A stretch of 64,000 bases of DNA, from the NCBI GenBank assembly GCA_031458695.1, contig JAVKJW010000011.1, positions 8,717-72,716 on the forward strand, given 5' to 3'. Position numbers and translations under genes: made by a program. This DNA is from Candidatus Thermofontivivens primus (GTDB lineage: Bacteria > Sysuimicrobiota > Sysuimicrobiia > Sysuimicrobiales > Thermofontiviventaceae). Below the pieces are notes generated by a model that was not told the DNA's origin, searched no databases, and worked only from the letters and a program-made list of their open reading frames with translations. Below, piece by piece: positions 37,704 through 47,702 of the stretch; position 1 is the first letter of the stretch; each line of letters begins with the position of its first letter.

Positions 37704-38738
37704 GTGAGGAATGGAGCCTGGATACGGAATGTGACAGTTGCCGGGGGCGTCGTGGTGCTTCTTTTTCTTCCCCACCTCATCCCCGCTTATTACACTCACC
37801 TCCTGATCCTTACTTTCATCTATGGACTCATGGCGATGAGCCTTGACCTCCTCATGGGCTACACCGGGCTCACCTCTTTTGGCCATGCTGCCTACTTTGG
37901 TGCAGCAGCCTATGCAGTGGGGATTCTTACCACACGGTATCACGTGCACTTTAGCGTGGCCATGTTGGGAGGGCTTATCGTTGCCTTCATGATGGCTTTG
38001 ATCTTTGGTCTCATGGCCACGCGCGCGACGGAGGTCTACTTCCTCATCATTACCCTTGCTCTAGGGATGGGTGTCTGGGGGCTTGCCTATCGTTGGGTTT
38101 CCGTGACGGGCGGGGATAATGGTCTCCCTGGAATCCCTCCACCCGATCTTGGACTCCCATGGTCGTTGAGTGATCCCGTGAACATGTACTATTTCGTCCT
38201 CACGTTCTTTACCCTTGCTTGCTTCTTCCTTTCCCGGTTCGTGCACTCTCCTTTTGGCCTGTCCCTTCGGGGTATCCGGGAGAGCGAGTCCCGGATGCGG
38301 GTCTTGGGATACCACACGTGGCTCCATAAGTACACTGTCTTCGTCATTGCGGGGACCTTCTCGGGGCTAGGGGGAGTCCTGTATGCCTTCTACAACCGGT
38401 TCGTCAGCCCTGCAGATGTGCACATCACCGCTTCTGCCGAGGCGGTTCTCATGGTCATCCTTGGCGGTGCGGGAACATTGTTTGGACCGGTCCTTGGGGC
38501 AGGGTTGGTTGTCTTCCTCCGTAATCTCATAAGCGCCTACACGCGACGCTGGCTCCTCATCCTGGGTGTAACCTACGTCCTTGTGGTCATGTACGCACCG
38601 GGTGGTGTGATTGGGGCTATGAAGGGTACCTTTTCGAGGCTCCGGGCGAAGATGATCCCTACGCCTGTGCCAGGCGGGCATCCACAGAAGGTGAAGCTTC
38701 AACGAGAGAACCCTGATGAGGAGGTGCTGACCCGATAA
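37704..38738 (+). CDS. Liv-type ABC permease (LivM-like)
   Basis: GYTGLTSFGHAAYFG, TGGDNG, IRESE. Confidence 0.93.
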   Translation: MRNGAWIRNVTVAGGVVVLLFLPHLIPAYYTHLLILTFIYGLMAMSLDLLMGYTGLTSFGHAAYFGAAAYAVGILTTRYHVHFSVAMLGGLIVAFMMALIFGLMATRATEVYFLIITLALGMGVWGLAYRWVSVTGGDNGLPGIPPPDLGLPWSLSDPVNMYYFVLTFFTLACFFLSRFVHSPFGLSLRGIRESESRMRVLGYHTWLHKYTVFVIAGTFSGLGGVLYAFYNRFVSPADVHITASAEAVLMVILGGAGTLFGPVLGAGLVVFLRNLISAYTRRWLLILGVTYVLVVMYAPGGVIGAMKGTFSRLRAKMIPTPVPGGHPQKVKLQRENPDEEVLTR

Positions 38739-38739
38739 C

Positions 38740-39510
38740 ATGATTCCTTCGGATGCACCAGGCACCTGTCTGGTCCTCGAGAAGGTCTCAAAGCATTTCG
38801 GAGGCCTTCGAGCGGTAGATGGGGTCACTCTGGAGATCCGAGCAGGGGAGCGCCGGGCGATTATTGGGCCCAATGGGGCTGGGAAGACGACCCTTTTCAA
38901 CCTGATCACAGGGGAGTTCCCGGTCACCGCAGGGAGGATCTGGTTCTTTGGCCAGGAGATCACGCACCTTCCTCCCCACCGCCGAGCTGCCCTCGGGATT
39001 GGCCGGACCTTCCAGATTACAAACCTCTTTCCCAAGCTCACCGTGCTGGAGAATGTGTTGCTTGCGGTGCAGGGTCTACGACCCACGAAGTACGTGATGC
39101 ACAGGCCTATTTGGGGATACCCAGAGCTCCAACAGCAAGCTCGGCACCTCATCGAACGGGTTGGCCTCTGGGAGAAGCGGGATCTTCCTCTCACCAACCT
39201 CTCCTATGGAGAACAGCGCCAGGTGGAGGTCCTCCTCGCCCTGGCAGGCGGGCCGAAACTCTTGCTTCTCGACGAGCCAACGGCAGGGCTTTCTCCTGGG
39301 GAGACCCGTGTGATCGTTGAGATCATCCGCTCCCTCGACCCCACCATCACTGTGTTGTTGATTGAGCATGACATGGACGTTGCTTTTGAGGTGGCCGATC
39401 GGATCACCGTCCTCCATTTTGGAAGGGTATTGGCAGAGGGGACGAAAGCAGAAATCAAGGCAAACCGGGAGGTGCAGAACATCTACCTGGGAGCTGGGAC
39501 GGGATCCTGA
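38740..39510 (+). CDS. Liv-type ABC ATPase (LivG-like)
   Basis: GPNGAGKTT, LSYGEQR, DEPTAG, IEHDMD. Confidence 0.94.
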   Translation: MIPSDAPGTCLVLEKVSKHFGGLRAVDGVTLEIRAGERRAIIGPNGAGKTTLFNLITGEFPVTAGRIWFFGQEITHLPPHRRAALGIGRTFQITNLFPKLTVLENVLLAVQGLRPTKYVMHRPIWGYPELQQQARHLIERVGLWEKRDLPLTNLSYGEQRQVEVLLALAGGPKLLLLDEPTAGLSPGETRVIVEIIRSLDPTITVLLIEHDMDVAFEVADRITVLHFGRVLAEGTKAEIKANREVQNIYLGAGTGS

Positions 39511-39529
39511 GAGGTTCCAAGGGGAAGGG

Positions 39530-40255
39530 ATGTGCGAGATGGACGAGCCGCCGATCCTTCAAGTGGAAGACGTTCACACCTATTACGGGGAGAGCTACGT
39601 TCTCCAAGGCGTCTCCCTCCGAGTGGGACGGGGTCAGGCCGTGGCTGTGCTGGGACGAAACGGAATGGGAAAGACCACCCTCATCCGCTCTATCATCGGG
39701 TTCACCCCTCCCCGCAGGGGGCGTATTGTCTTTAAAGGAATGGAGATCACACGCTGGCCGTCGCATAAGATCGCTAGGCTCGGCATCGGCCTCGTCCCCC
39801 AAGGCCGCCGCATCTTTCCCTCCCTGAACGTCCTGGAGAACCTTACCGTGGGAGCCCGCTCAGGAGTGGGGAATGGCCAAAGATGGGATCTAGAACGTGT
39901 CTTCAACATTTTCCCTCGTCTGAAAGAGCGAGTAACTCATAAGGGGAACAAGCTCAGCGGCGGGGAGCAGCAGATGTTGGCCATCGCCCGGGCCCTCATG
40001 ACGAACCCAGAGTTTCTCCTCATGGATGAGCCCTCGGAGGGTCTTGCCCCTCTTCTTGTTCTGGAGCTGGGGAACACCATCGCCCAGCTCAAGCAGCAGG
40101 GGCTCTCCATTCTCCTGGTGGAACAGAACCTCCCCCTTGCCCTCAAACTCGCGGACTACGTCTATGTGCTCAGCAAGGGGCGGGTAGTGTTTGAGGGATC
40201 ACCTGGAGAGCTTGCGGCTTCTGAAGAAGTAAAGCGCAACTACTTGGGGGTCTAA
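39530..40255 (+). CDS. Liv-type ABC ATPase (LivF-like)
   Basis: GRNGMGKTT, LSGGEQQM, DEPSEGLAP. Confidence 0.94.
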   Translation: MCEMDEPPILQVEDVHTYYGESYVLQGVSLRVGRGQAVAVLGRNGMGKTTLIRSIIGFTPPRRGRIVFKGMEITRWPSHKIARLGIGLVPQGRRIFPSLNVLENLTVGARSGVGNGQRWDLERVFNIFPRLKERVTHKGNKLSGGEQQMLAIARALMTNPEFLLMDEPSEGLAPLLVLELGNTIAQLKQQGLSILLVEQNLPLALKLADYVYVLSKGRVVFEGSPGELAASEEVKRNYLGV

Positions 40256-40262
40256 GGTCGCC

Positions 40263-40445
40263 ATGATGGATCAAGATCGGGTAAGAGATCTGGCACAAAG
40301 CCTGGGCCTGGAGATACCGGAGGACGATCGAGAGGTGGTGGCGACACAGCTTTCCGCAATTCTCCAGCGCATCGCCATAGTGGAGCAACTGGTCGGGGAC
40401 GAAGAACCCGCCTTTGTCCCTGGGATAGAGGAGATCTTCCGATGA
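40263..40445 (+). CDS. Small GatC/AtzG-like amidase partner subunit
   Basis: 60 aa, VRDLAQSLGLEIPEDDREVV..EEPAFVP; ATGA overlap with the amidase gene. Confidence 0.7.
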   Translation: MMDQDRVRDLAQSLGLEIPEDDREVVATQLSAILQRIAIVEQLVGDEEPAFVPGIEEIFR

Positions 40446-41845
40446 GCGATCTGTGGTGGCTCTCCCTGGCTGAAGTAGCCCTGCGCATTCGCAACAGGGA
40501 GGTCTCTCCAGTGGAAGTTGTACAGACCCTCCTCGAGCGGATTGCGCGTGTGGACAAGGGCTTAAACAGCTTCCTCAGGGTGCTGGCAGATGAAGCCCTA
40601 GTAGCTGCGCGCCAAGCAGAGGATGCTCTTTCCCGCACGGAGGAACTCGGGTTGCTCCATGGCGTCCCCATCGCGGTAAAGGATATGATCCACGTGCGGG
40701 GAACCCGGACGACGTGCGGATCGAAGATCATGGCAGATTTTGTGGCCCAGGAAGATGCAACCGTGGTGAAGAGACTCCGCGAGAACGGGGCGATCATCCT
40801 GGGCAAGACAAACCTCCACGAATTTGCCTACGGCGTCACGAACATCAACCCGCATTATGGGCCCGCTCGAAATCCCTGGGATCCCGATCGGATCTCTGGA
40901 GGGAGCAGCGGCGGGTCAGCTGTTGCCGTCGCTGCTGGGCTCTGTTATGGCGCCCTAGGGACGGACACAGGAGGCTCTATCCGAATCCCTGCTGCGCTCT
41001 GTGGGGTTGTAGGACTGAAGCCCACGTTCGGGCGGGTGAGCCGGTACGGTGTTGTGCCACTTGCCTGGTCTCTGGACCACGTCGGCCCGATCACACGAAC
41101 CGTTGAGGACGCTCGTCTGATGTTCCAAGTAATTGCAGGATATGATCCCATGGATCCCACAACGAGCAAGGAACCTTTGCCTGATCTGCGCGGTCTTCTC
41201 GATGGAGAGATCCGTGGGGTTAGGGTTGGGGTCATCCGACCGATGATGGAGGATGCGGACCCCCAGGTTAGGAGCCTCGTTCAGGATGCCCTGAAAGTTC
41301 TTACCGATGCGGGGGCAGAGGTGGAAGAGGTGGCGATTCCCTCCCTCCAGGAGATGCGAACGGCCGCTATGGCCATCGCTATGCCTGAAGCCAGCGCGTA
41401 CCACCTTCGCTGGCTTTCCCAGCGTTCCCTGGACTATGGGGAGGATGTGCGCCAACGGCTCTTCGTTGGGGCGTTGCTGCCTGCGCACGCGTACCTGACT
41501 GGGTTGCGAGCAAGGCAGTGGCTGCGTAAACAGCTGCAAGAAGTTTTTGAGCGCGTCCAAGTGCTGGTCGCGCCTACAGTTTCGGCTCCGGCCTGTCCCA
41601 TTGGGGCTCAGACAGTACGTGTTGGGGAGGAGGAGAGAGACCCCAGGGCGGCTTATCTCTGGTTCAATCAGGTCTTCAACATGGTTGGTCTTCCGTCGAT
41701 CTCCGTCCCCTGCGGTTTTGTGAGACATCTTCCTGTGGGGATGCAGATCATCGGGCGGTGGTTCGCAGAGGGGGAGATCCTCAGCGTGGCGAGAGCGTTT
41801 GAACGAGGAGCGATCCAGATACACCGGCGGCCACCGGTCGACTGA
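40442..41845 (+). CDS. Amidase-signature family enzyme (GatA/AtzE-like)
   Basis: GVPIAVKD, GGSSGGS and GTDTGGSIRIPAALCG provide the Lys-cisSer-Ser triad. Confidence 0.94.
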   Translation: MSDLWWLSLAEVALRIRNREVSPVEVVQTLLERIARVDKGLNSFLRVLADEALVAARQAEDALSRTEELGLLHGVPIAVKDMIHVRGTRTTCGSKIMADFVAQEDATVVKRLRENGAIILGKTNLHEFAYGVTNINPHYGPARNPWDPDRISGGSSGGSAVAVAAGLCYGALGTDTGGSIRIPAALCGVVGLKPTFGRVSRYGVVPLAWSLDHVGPITRTVEDARLMFQVIAGYDPMDPTTSKEPLPDLRGLLDGEIRGVRVGVIRPMMEDADPQVRSLVQDALKVLTDAGAEVEEVAIPSLQEMRTAAMAIAMPEASAYHLRWLSQRSLDYGEDVRQRLFVGALLPAHAYLTGLRARQWLRKQLQEVFERVQVLVAPTVSAPACPIGAQTVRVGEEERDPRAAYLWFNQVFNMVGLPSISVPCGFVRHLPVGMQIIGRWFAEGEILSVARAFERGAIQIHRRPPVD

Positions 41846-41899
41846 GGCTGGTTCCGCATTTACCTGAGGAGGTATGCTGGACAAAAAGGAGGGGGGAAG

Positions 41900-43141
41900 A
41901 TGAAGAAGGTGGTGTGGTATGGTCTTGCTCTTTTGATCGTGATCGTCCTCACTGCGGGTTGGAATGGGGACGCGTTGTCGCAAGCCAGGGGACCAATCCG
42001 GATCGGGTTCATCGCCCCGACCACCGGTACGTTCGCTGCGAACGGCAGGGATATGCTCAACGGCTTTCTCCTGTTTTGGGAGGAGAAGGGGTTTACCGTC
42101 GCAGGGCGTAAGGTGGAGATCATCCATGAAGATGACGCCGGAGTTCCGGCCAACACGCTGACGAAGGCACGCAAGCTCGTAGAACAGGACAAGGTCCACA
42201 TGCTCGTTGGACCTCTCACGGCCAGTTCGGGGTATGCCCTCCGGGACTACGTTCATGATGGAAAAGTGGCGACAATTTACCCCATTGTCTCCGCGGACGA
42301 TATCACCCAGCGCAGGAGAACCCCTTATATCGTTCGAGTGGGCTGGACAAGCAGCCAGCCGGCGCACCCCTTTGGGGAGTGGGTGGCCAAGAACCTCGGC
42401 TACAAACGGATCGCCACCATCGCCTATGACTTCGCTTTCGGGCACGAATGGGTCGGAGGATTCCAGCGTACCTTTGAGGAGAACGGAGGTCGGATTGTGC
42501 AGAAGCTCTGGCCTCCCATCGGGGCCCCGGACTACGCTCCTTACCTTGCTCAATTGCGGAAGGATGTTGACGCTGTGTTCGCCGTCTTCTCGGGAGGGGA
42601 TGCCTTGCGGTTCCTTGCTCAGTACCAGGAGTTTGGGTTGAAGGGTCGGATTCCCCTGATCGGTGGAGGAACCCTCACCGATGAGCATGTCCTCCCCCAG
42701 ATGGGGAACGAGGCTGTAGGGATCATTACAGCCCTCCACTACAGTGCGGTCTTGGAGACACCAGAGAATCGAACGTTCGCCTCGGCATATGCACGGAAGT
42801 ATAGCAGGCCTCCTTCGTACTACTCCGAGAACTGCTACACCGCCGGGCGGTTCATCTATGAAGCTCTCGTTTCCATCCGTGGGAACGTGGAGGATAAAGA
42901 GAGGTTCCTCGGGGCATTGCGCAAGATCCGCATCCCTGATGCTCCGCGCGGTCCGGTCTATCTTGATGAGTACCAAAATCCTGTCCAGAACATTTACATT
43001 CGCCGTGTCGATCGCAGGGGAATCCTTCGGAATACGGTAATCTTCACCTACCCGAAGGTCTCCCAGTTCTGGAAGTACAACCCGGAGGAGTACCTGAAAC
43101 AGCCGGTCTACTCGCGCGACTATCCACCCATCAGGCCTTGA
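41900..43141 (+). CDS. Liv-type ABC substrate-binding protein (resembles aromatic-acid-binding subgroup)
   Basis: Signal peptide, PIRIGFIAPTTG, KLVEQDKV, YDFAFGHE, APRGP..NPVQNIY. Confidence 0.92.
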   Translation: MKKVVWYGLALLIVIVLTAGWNGDALSQARGPIRIGFIAPTTGTFAANGRDMLNGFLLFWEEKGFTVAGRKVEIIHEDDAGVPANTLTKARKLVEQDKVHMLVGPLTASSGYALRDYVHDGKVATIYPIVSADDITQRRRTPYIVRVGWTSSQPAHPFGEWVAKNLGYKRIATIAYDFAFGHEWVGGFQRTFEENGGRIVQKLWPPIGAPDYAPYLAQLRKDVDAVFAVFSGGDALRFLAQYQEFGLKGRIPLIGGGTLTDEHVLPQMGNEAVGIITALHYSAVLETPENRTFASAYARKYSRPPSYYSENCYTAGRFIYEALVSIRGNVEDKERFLGALRKIRIPDAPRGPVYLDEYQNPVQNIYIRRVDRRGILRNTVIFTYPKVSQFWKYNPEEYLKQPVYSRDYPPIRP

Positions 43142-43163
43142 CGGCATGCGATGTCAACGGGCT

Positions 43164-43203
43164 AACTCCAGCAAAATGCTTGTCGAGATGTTGCCGGGGT
43201 ACT
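43164..43203. repeat. Dispersed palindromic repeat, copy C
   Basis: aactccagcaaaatgc-ttgtc-gagatgttgccggggtact; closely related to copy D. Confidence 0.6.
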
Positions 43204-43305
43204 GCATAGGGATGCGATGGAATCGCCTCTGGCGCTCCCTCGTGTGGTGTTCGTTGCCCAACCCGATTCCAAGATGTTGGCGGGGGAGAGCGAGGAGGTG
43301 AGGAG

Positions 43306-45030
43306 ATGGAGAGTGTGGTAGCCGACGGGATGCGTATCGACTATGATGTGCCTATCCCCATGGACGATGGGGTCGTCCTTCGGGCCGATGTGTTCCGACC
43401 CATCCCAGAAGGCAAGTACCCGGTGATCCTGAGCTATGGTCCTTACGGGAAGGGCCTCCCATTCCAGATGGGTTATCCGGACCAATGGAGAAAGCTTGTC
43501 CAGGACTTCCCAGAAGTCGCCCGTGGGTCCTCGTGCAAATACCAGAACTGGGAGGTCGTCGACCCGGAGAAGTGGGTGCCCAATGGCTATGTTTGCGTCC
43601 GAGTCGATTCGCGCGGCGCTGGACGTTCACCAGGTGTGCTGGACATCTTCTCTCCCAGGGAGTCCAAGGACCTGTACCAGTGCATCGAGTGGGCGGCCGC
43701 CCAACCCTGGAGCAACGGGAAGGTTGGGCTCAACGGCATCTCCTACTATGCGATCAACCAATGGCTCGTCGCCGGCCTCCAGCCTCCGCATCTTGCAGCC
43801 ATGTGCGCCTGGGAAGGAGCAGCGGACTTCTACCGCGACTGGCATCGTCACGGGGGAATCCTCTGCACTTTCACCTTCCCCTGGTTCAGGGCCCAGGTGG
43901 AGACCGTCCAGCACGGCGTCGGTGCCCGTGGACTCCTGAGCCCTCTCACTGGTGAGCTTGTGGCTGGTCCGGAGACGTTCCCTGGAGATGTGCTCGCCAA
44001 GAATCGCGTGGATCCTGGGCAACAGGCACTCCTCCGCGAGCTCGATGACGCGTGGTACCGGGAGCGTTCGGCGGACTGGTCGAAGGTGAAGGTTCCCTTC
44101 CTCTCGGCGGGGAACTGGGGAGGTCATGGCCTGCACCTCCGTGGGAACGTGGAGGCGTTCGTGCGGGCGGCGTCGACCCAGAAATGGCTGGAGATCCACG
44201 GCCTCGAGCACTGGACCCACTTCTACACCGACTATGGTCTTGGTCTCCAGAAGCGCTTCTTCGACCACTTCCTCAAGGGGATCGACAACGGGTGGGAGAA
44301 GGAGCCCCCGGTCCTGCTGAACGTACGGCACATTGACAGGTTCGTCCTGCGCAAGGAGCGGGAGTGGCCCCTCGCCAGAACCCGCTGGACAAAGCTCTAC
44401 CTGAACCCAGCGGAACGTACCCTGAGCTGGGAGCCTGTACCTGGGGAGAGTACCGTCACATACGAGGCACTGAAGAACGGGGTCACCTTCAGGACTCCCC
44501 CGTTTCGGGAGGAGACGGAGATCACCGGGCCGGTAGCGGCTAAGCTATTCATCTCCTCGACAACCATCGACGCGGACCTCTTCCTGATCCTTCAGCTCTT
44601 CGACCCCAACGGGGAGGAGGTCACCTTTCAAGGTGCTCTGGAGCCGCGTGCCCCCATTGCCCAGGGATGGCTTCGCGCATCCCATCGCAAGCTTGACCGA
44701 GAGCTCACCAGGGAGTACCGCCCCTACCACACCCATGATGAGATCCAACCCCTCACGCCGGGGGAGATCTACGAGGTCGATGTGGAGATCTGGCCCACCT
44801 CCATCGTGGTCCCGCCAGGGTATTCCCTGGCCTTGACCGTGCAGGGGAAGGACTTCGAGCGCGAAGCTCCTAGCGGTGTGCTGGGTTTCTGGGGCGCATT
44901 CCGGGGTTCAGGACCGTTCCTCCACAACCATCCCTGGGACAGGCGTCCGGAGGTCTACGGCGGGAAGGTCACGGTGTACGGTGGGGGAGAGCGGAGTTCT
45001 TACCTGCTGCTCCCGATTATCCCGGGTTAG
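43306..45030 (+). CDS. CocE/NonD family serine hydrolase
   Basis: VPIPMDDGVVLRADVFRP, VDSRGAGRSPG, WSNGKVGLNGISYYA, GWLRASHR. Confidence 0.93.
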   Translation: MESVVADGMRIDYDVPIPMDDGVVLRADVFRPIPEGKYPVILSYGPYGKGLPFQMGYPDQWRKLVQDFPEVARGSSCKYQNWEVVDPEKWVPNGYVCVRVDSRGAGRSPGVLDIFSPRESKDLYQCIEWAAAQPWSNGKVGLNGISYYAINQWLVAGLQPPHLAAMCAWEGAADFYRDWHRHGGILCTFTFPWFRAQVETVQHGVGARGLLSPLTGELVAGPETFPGDVLAKNRVDPGQQALLRELDDAWYRERSADWSKVKVPFLSAGNWGGHGLHLRGNVEAFVRAASTQKWLEIHGLEHWTHFYTDYGLGLQKRFFDHFLKGIDNGWEKEPPVLLNVRHIDRFVLRKEREWPLARTRWTKLYLNPAERTLSWEPVPGESTVTYEALKNGVTFRTPPFREETEITGPVAAKLFISSTTIDADLFLILQLFDPNGEEVTFQGALEPRAPIAQGWLRASHRKLDRELTREYRPYHTHDEIQPLTPGEIYEVDVEIWPTSIVVPPGYSLALTVQGKDFEREAPSGVLGFWGAFRGSGPFLHNHPWDRRPEVYGGKVTVYGGGERSSYLLLPIIPG

Positions 45031-45112
45031 GGGAACGGCCGTACCTCGCGCATCAGATACTATTTCGGGGCTTGTCTCCGTTGTGGGGTTGGATGAGAGA
45101 GAAGGTGAGGCC

Positions 45113-45835
45113 ATGTTCGAAACGCGTGTGGGGAGTGTGGACAGGTCAGAGATGATTCATGCGCTGAAAGCACAGCTGTCCATTAACCCGAGGGAGACGG
45201 CGGTTGTCCTCGTGGATGCCCACCGGGGGCACCTCGATCCCGAAGTAGCTACGATGCCCGTGGCTCCAGAGGATGCGAGGAGAGTCCGTGAGAACCTCGG
45301 GCGTCTCGTTCGGGAGGCCCGGGCACTGGGGATCCCGGTCATCCACGTCGTGATGACCCACCGGCGCATCCCCTATCCTGGAGCGGAGAGCATGAGCAAT
45401 CCCTTCTGGAGGGCCGTGGAGGCCGCAAAGCAGTCCCTCACGCCGGGCCGCCCGAGTACGATCTCCGGGCACAACCTGGAAGGCTCCGTCCAAACAGAGA
45501 TCATCCCTGAGGTAGGTCCAGAGCCATCGGACTATGTCATCCGGAGCAAAAAACGCCTCTCCGCCTTCTACGGTACCGATCTCGAGTTCCTCCTGCGGAC
45601 CCTGAAGGTCTCCACTGTGGTCCTTGGGGGGATCAACACCAACACGTGCGTCCTCTGCACGGCGTTCGATGCCTTCAACCGGGACTTCCAGGTGATCGTT
45701 ATCAGCGACTGTGTCGCCAGCATGTACGGCGAGGATCTGCACGTCTTCGGGTTGCAGAACGTCAGCCGATGCCTCGGGTGGGTGCTTGGGTTAGACGAGT
45801 TCTTAGATCTCCTCATGGCCAGGCAGGCGGGGTGA
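45113..45835 (+). CDS. Isochorismatase-family cysteine hydrolase
   Basis: Asp-Lys-Cys triad in VLVD, KKRLSAFYGTDL and GINTNTCV. Confidence 0.92.
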   Translation: MFETRVGSVDRSEMIHALKAQLSINPRETAVVLVDAHRGHLDPEVATMPVAPEDARRVRENLGRLVREARALGIPVIHVVMTHRRIPYPGAESMSNPFWRAVEAAKQSLTPGRPSTISGHNLEGSVQTEIIPEVGPEPSDYVIRSKKRLSAFYGTDLEFLLRTLKVSTVVLGGINTNTCVLCTAFDAFNRDFQVIVISDCVASMYGEDLHVFGLQNVSRCLGWVLGLDEFLDLLMARQAG

Positions 45836-45854
45836 GGAAGATACCGAGGGCACG

Positions 45855-46661
45855 ATGCCTTTGCTGCGGCGGGCCGAGAGGTTGAACCCCATGGACAGCG
45901 AGATCGAGAAAAGGATCAAAGAGGCAGGGGAGCGGGCAGAGGGTTTCCGTCAACAGGGGTTCCACTGCTCTGAGGCGGTCCTGAGAGGCGTGGCCGCTGC
46001 ACTGGAGATCCCTCTTGACCAGTCTCTCCTGCGGGCCTCGACGGGGTTGCGCGGAGGTGGGGGTGGATATGGCGATCGCTGCGGTGCCCTGGAAGCAGGG
46101 GCGATGCTCATTGGCTTCCTCTTCGGCCGGGTGGTGCCAGAGGAGGACAACTCCTGCGCGAGCCGCTTGGTTTGGTACCTCCATGATCGATTCCAGAGGG
46201 AATTGGGGAGTACTCTCTGCCGCTTCCTGAAGCCCATGGCGCACCTTCACTGGAGTCAGGACTTCTCCTGTGGACCGGTTTACCGGAAGGGGGCGGAGCT
46301 CGCGGCAGAAATCATCCTTTCTGCCCATGCGCTTTTTGAGACCTGCCCGCCAGTTGAGGTCGCACGTTCCGGGGAGGGGCGGACCAAGATCGATGCCGCA
46401 GCCTTGGCGGAAATGAAAAACCGTATTGCCACCATTGCCCGTGAGGGGCGCCTGGACCTCACCGAGGTCGCGCGGGCCTCCCAGGCCCGCCTCGGCGTGG
46501 AGGATGAGGACATCCGGGTTTGCCTCTCCACGCCGCGGTTCGTGCACCCTGCATGGGGCAACAGGTACGTCGTAGAAGGTCGAAAACGGGATCGGTGGTA
46601 CCTAACGGTAGTCCTCCGGATTCGTCCGGAGGGAACCTTGGAGGTTCTCGATCTTTTCTGA
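45855..46661 (+). CDS. C-GCAxxG-C-C family redox protein with extra C-terminal domain (start may be 45891)
   Basis: FHCSEAV..GGG..RCGALEAG..GSTLCRFL..FSCG, plus ~90 aa C-terminal extension. Confidence 0.8.
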   Translation: MPLLRRAERLNPMDSEIEKRIKEAGERAEGFRQQGFHCSEAVLRGVAAALEIPLDQSLLRASTGLRGGGGGYGDRCGALEAGAMLIGFLFGRVVPEEDNSCASRLVWYLHDRFQRELGSTLCRFLKPMAHLHWSQDFSCGPVYRKGAELAAEIILSAHALFETCPPVEVARSGEGRTKIDAAALAEMKNRIATIAREGRLDLTEVARASQARLGVEDEDIRVCLSTPRFVHPAWGNRYVVEGRKRDRWYLTVVLRIRPEGTLEVLDLF

Positions 46662-46710
46662 GTACTCCCCTCGCAGGCAATTGGCTTGTGAGGGGGAAAG
46701 GAGGAGGGGC

Positions 46711-47685
46711 ATGGTGCGGGTATTCGTGACCCAGCCCATTCCGGAGGCGGCCCTTGAACGCCTACGGGCCAACGCCGAGGTCAAGGTGCACGGGGACGCC
46801 AGCAGGATCCTTCCGAAAGAGCGCCTCATGGAAGAGGTCGCCTCCTGTGAGATCCTTTACTGCCTTCTTCATGATCGTGTGGACCGGGAGGTTATCGAGG
46901 CGGGGAGGAATCTGAAACTCATCGCCACCTCTGCCGTGGTCCCCGCAAACGTGGACGTCGCTGCGGCTACGGAACGACGGATCCTAGTCACCGTCATCCC
47001 CAATATCGTGGTGGAGGCGACCGCGGACCTCCAGTGGGGTCTCCTCATCGCCGTGGCGCGGAGGATCGTGGAGGCCGACAAAGCGGTCAGGGCCGGTCTC
47101 TTCCCAGGGTCTCAGTCCATGTACTTCGTGGGGGGTGAGGTGAACGGCAAGACCCTAGGAACCATTGGCCTGGGTGCGATTGGAAGAGCGATCGTACAGC
47201 GCGCGAAAGGATTCCGCATGCGCATCCTGTACACGAAGCGCAACCGTCTCTCTCCAGAGGAGGAGACAGAGCTAGGGGTGGAGTATCGCACCCTCGATGA
47301 TCTCCTGCGGGAGAGTGACTTTGTGGTCATCAACGCGAGCTATCATCCTGGGACATATCACCTTGTGGGCGCCCGGGAGCTAGGTCTCATGAAGCCCACG
47401 GCCTACCTGATCAACACGGCTCGGGGACCTATCGTGGATGAGGCCGCCCTGGTAGAAGCCTTGAAATCGCGGCGCATCGCCGGTGCTGCCCTCGATGTCT
47501 ACGAACAGGAGCCCAAAGTACACCCAGATCTGCTCACCCTGGACAACGTGGTCCTCACACCGCACATTGGCAGCGCCGCGCGGGAGACGCGGGAACGCAT
47601 CGCATCCATTGTGGTGGAGAATATCCTTGCTTTTCTTCGGGGGGAGCGCCCGCCGAACCTCTACAACCCAGAGGTTCTCGCCTGA
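46711..47685 (+). CDS. D-glycerate dehydrogenase / glyoxylate reductase-like 2-hydroxyacid dehydrogenase
   Basis: EATADL, GLGAIG, INTARGPIVDE, LDVYEQEP, TPHIGSA. Confidence 0.92.
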   Translation: MVRVFVTQPIPEAALERLRANAEVKVHGDASRILPKERLMEEVASCEILYCLLHDRVDREVIEAGRNLKLIATSAVVPANVDVAAATERRILVTVIPNIVVEATADLQWGLLIAVARRIVEADKAVRAGLFPGSQSMYFVGGEVNGKTLGTIGLGAIGRAIVQRAKGFRMRILYTKRNRLSPEEETELGVEYRTLDDLLRESDFVVINASYHPGTYHLVGARELGLMKPTAYLINTARGPIVDEAALVEALKSRRIAGAALDVYEQEPKVHPDLLTLDNVVLTPHIGSAARETRERIASIVVENILAFLRGERPPNLYNPEVLA

Positions 47686-47702
47686 GTCAAGGGGGTACAC
47701 AC

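Noticed and set aside
40442..41845. gatCA of the tRNA-dependent amidotransferase
   Set aside because: No gatB, catabolic context, and a small subunit shorter than typical GatC.
40955..43147. 730-aa minus-strand ORF and other long antisense ORFs (e.g. 25112-26278, 48035-48991)
   Set aside because: Shadow ORFs opposite well-supported genes in GC-rich DNA, with no motifs.
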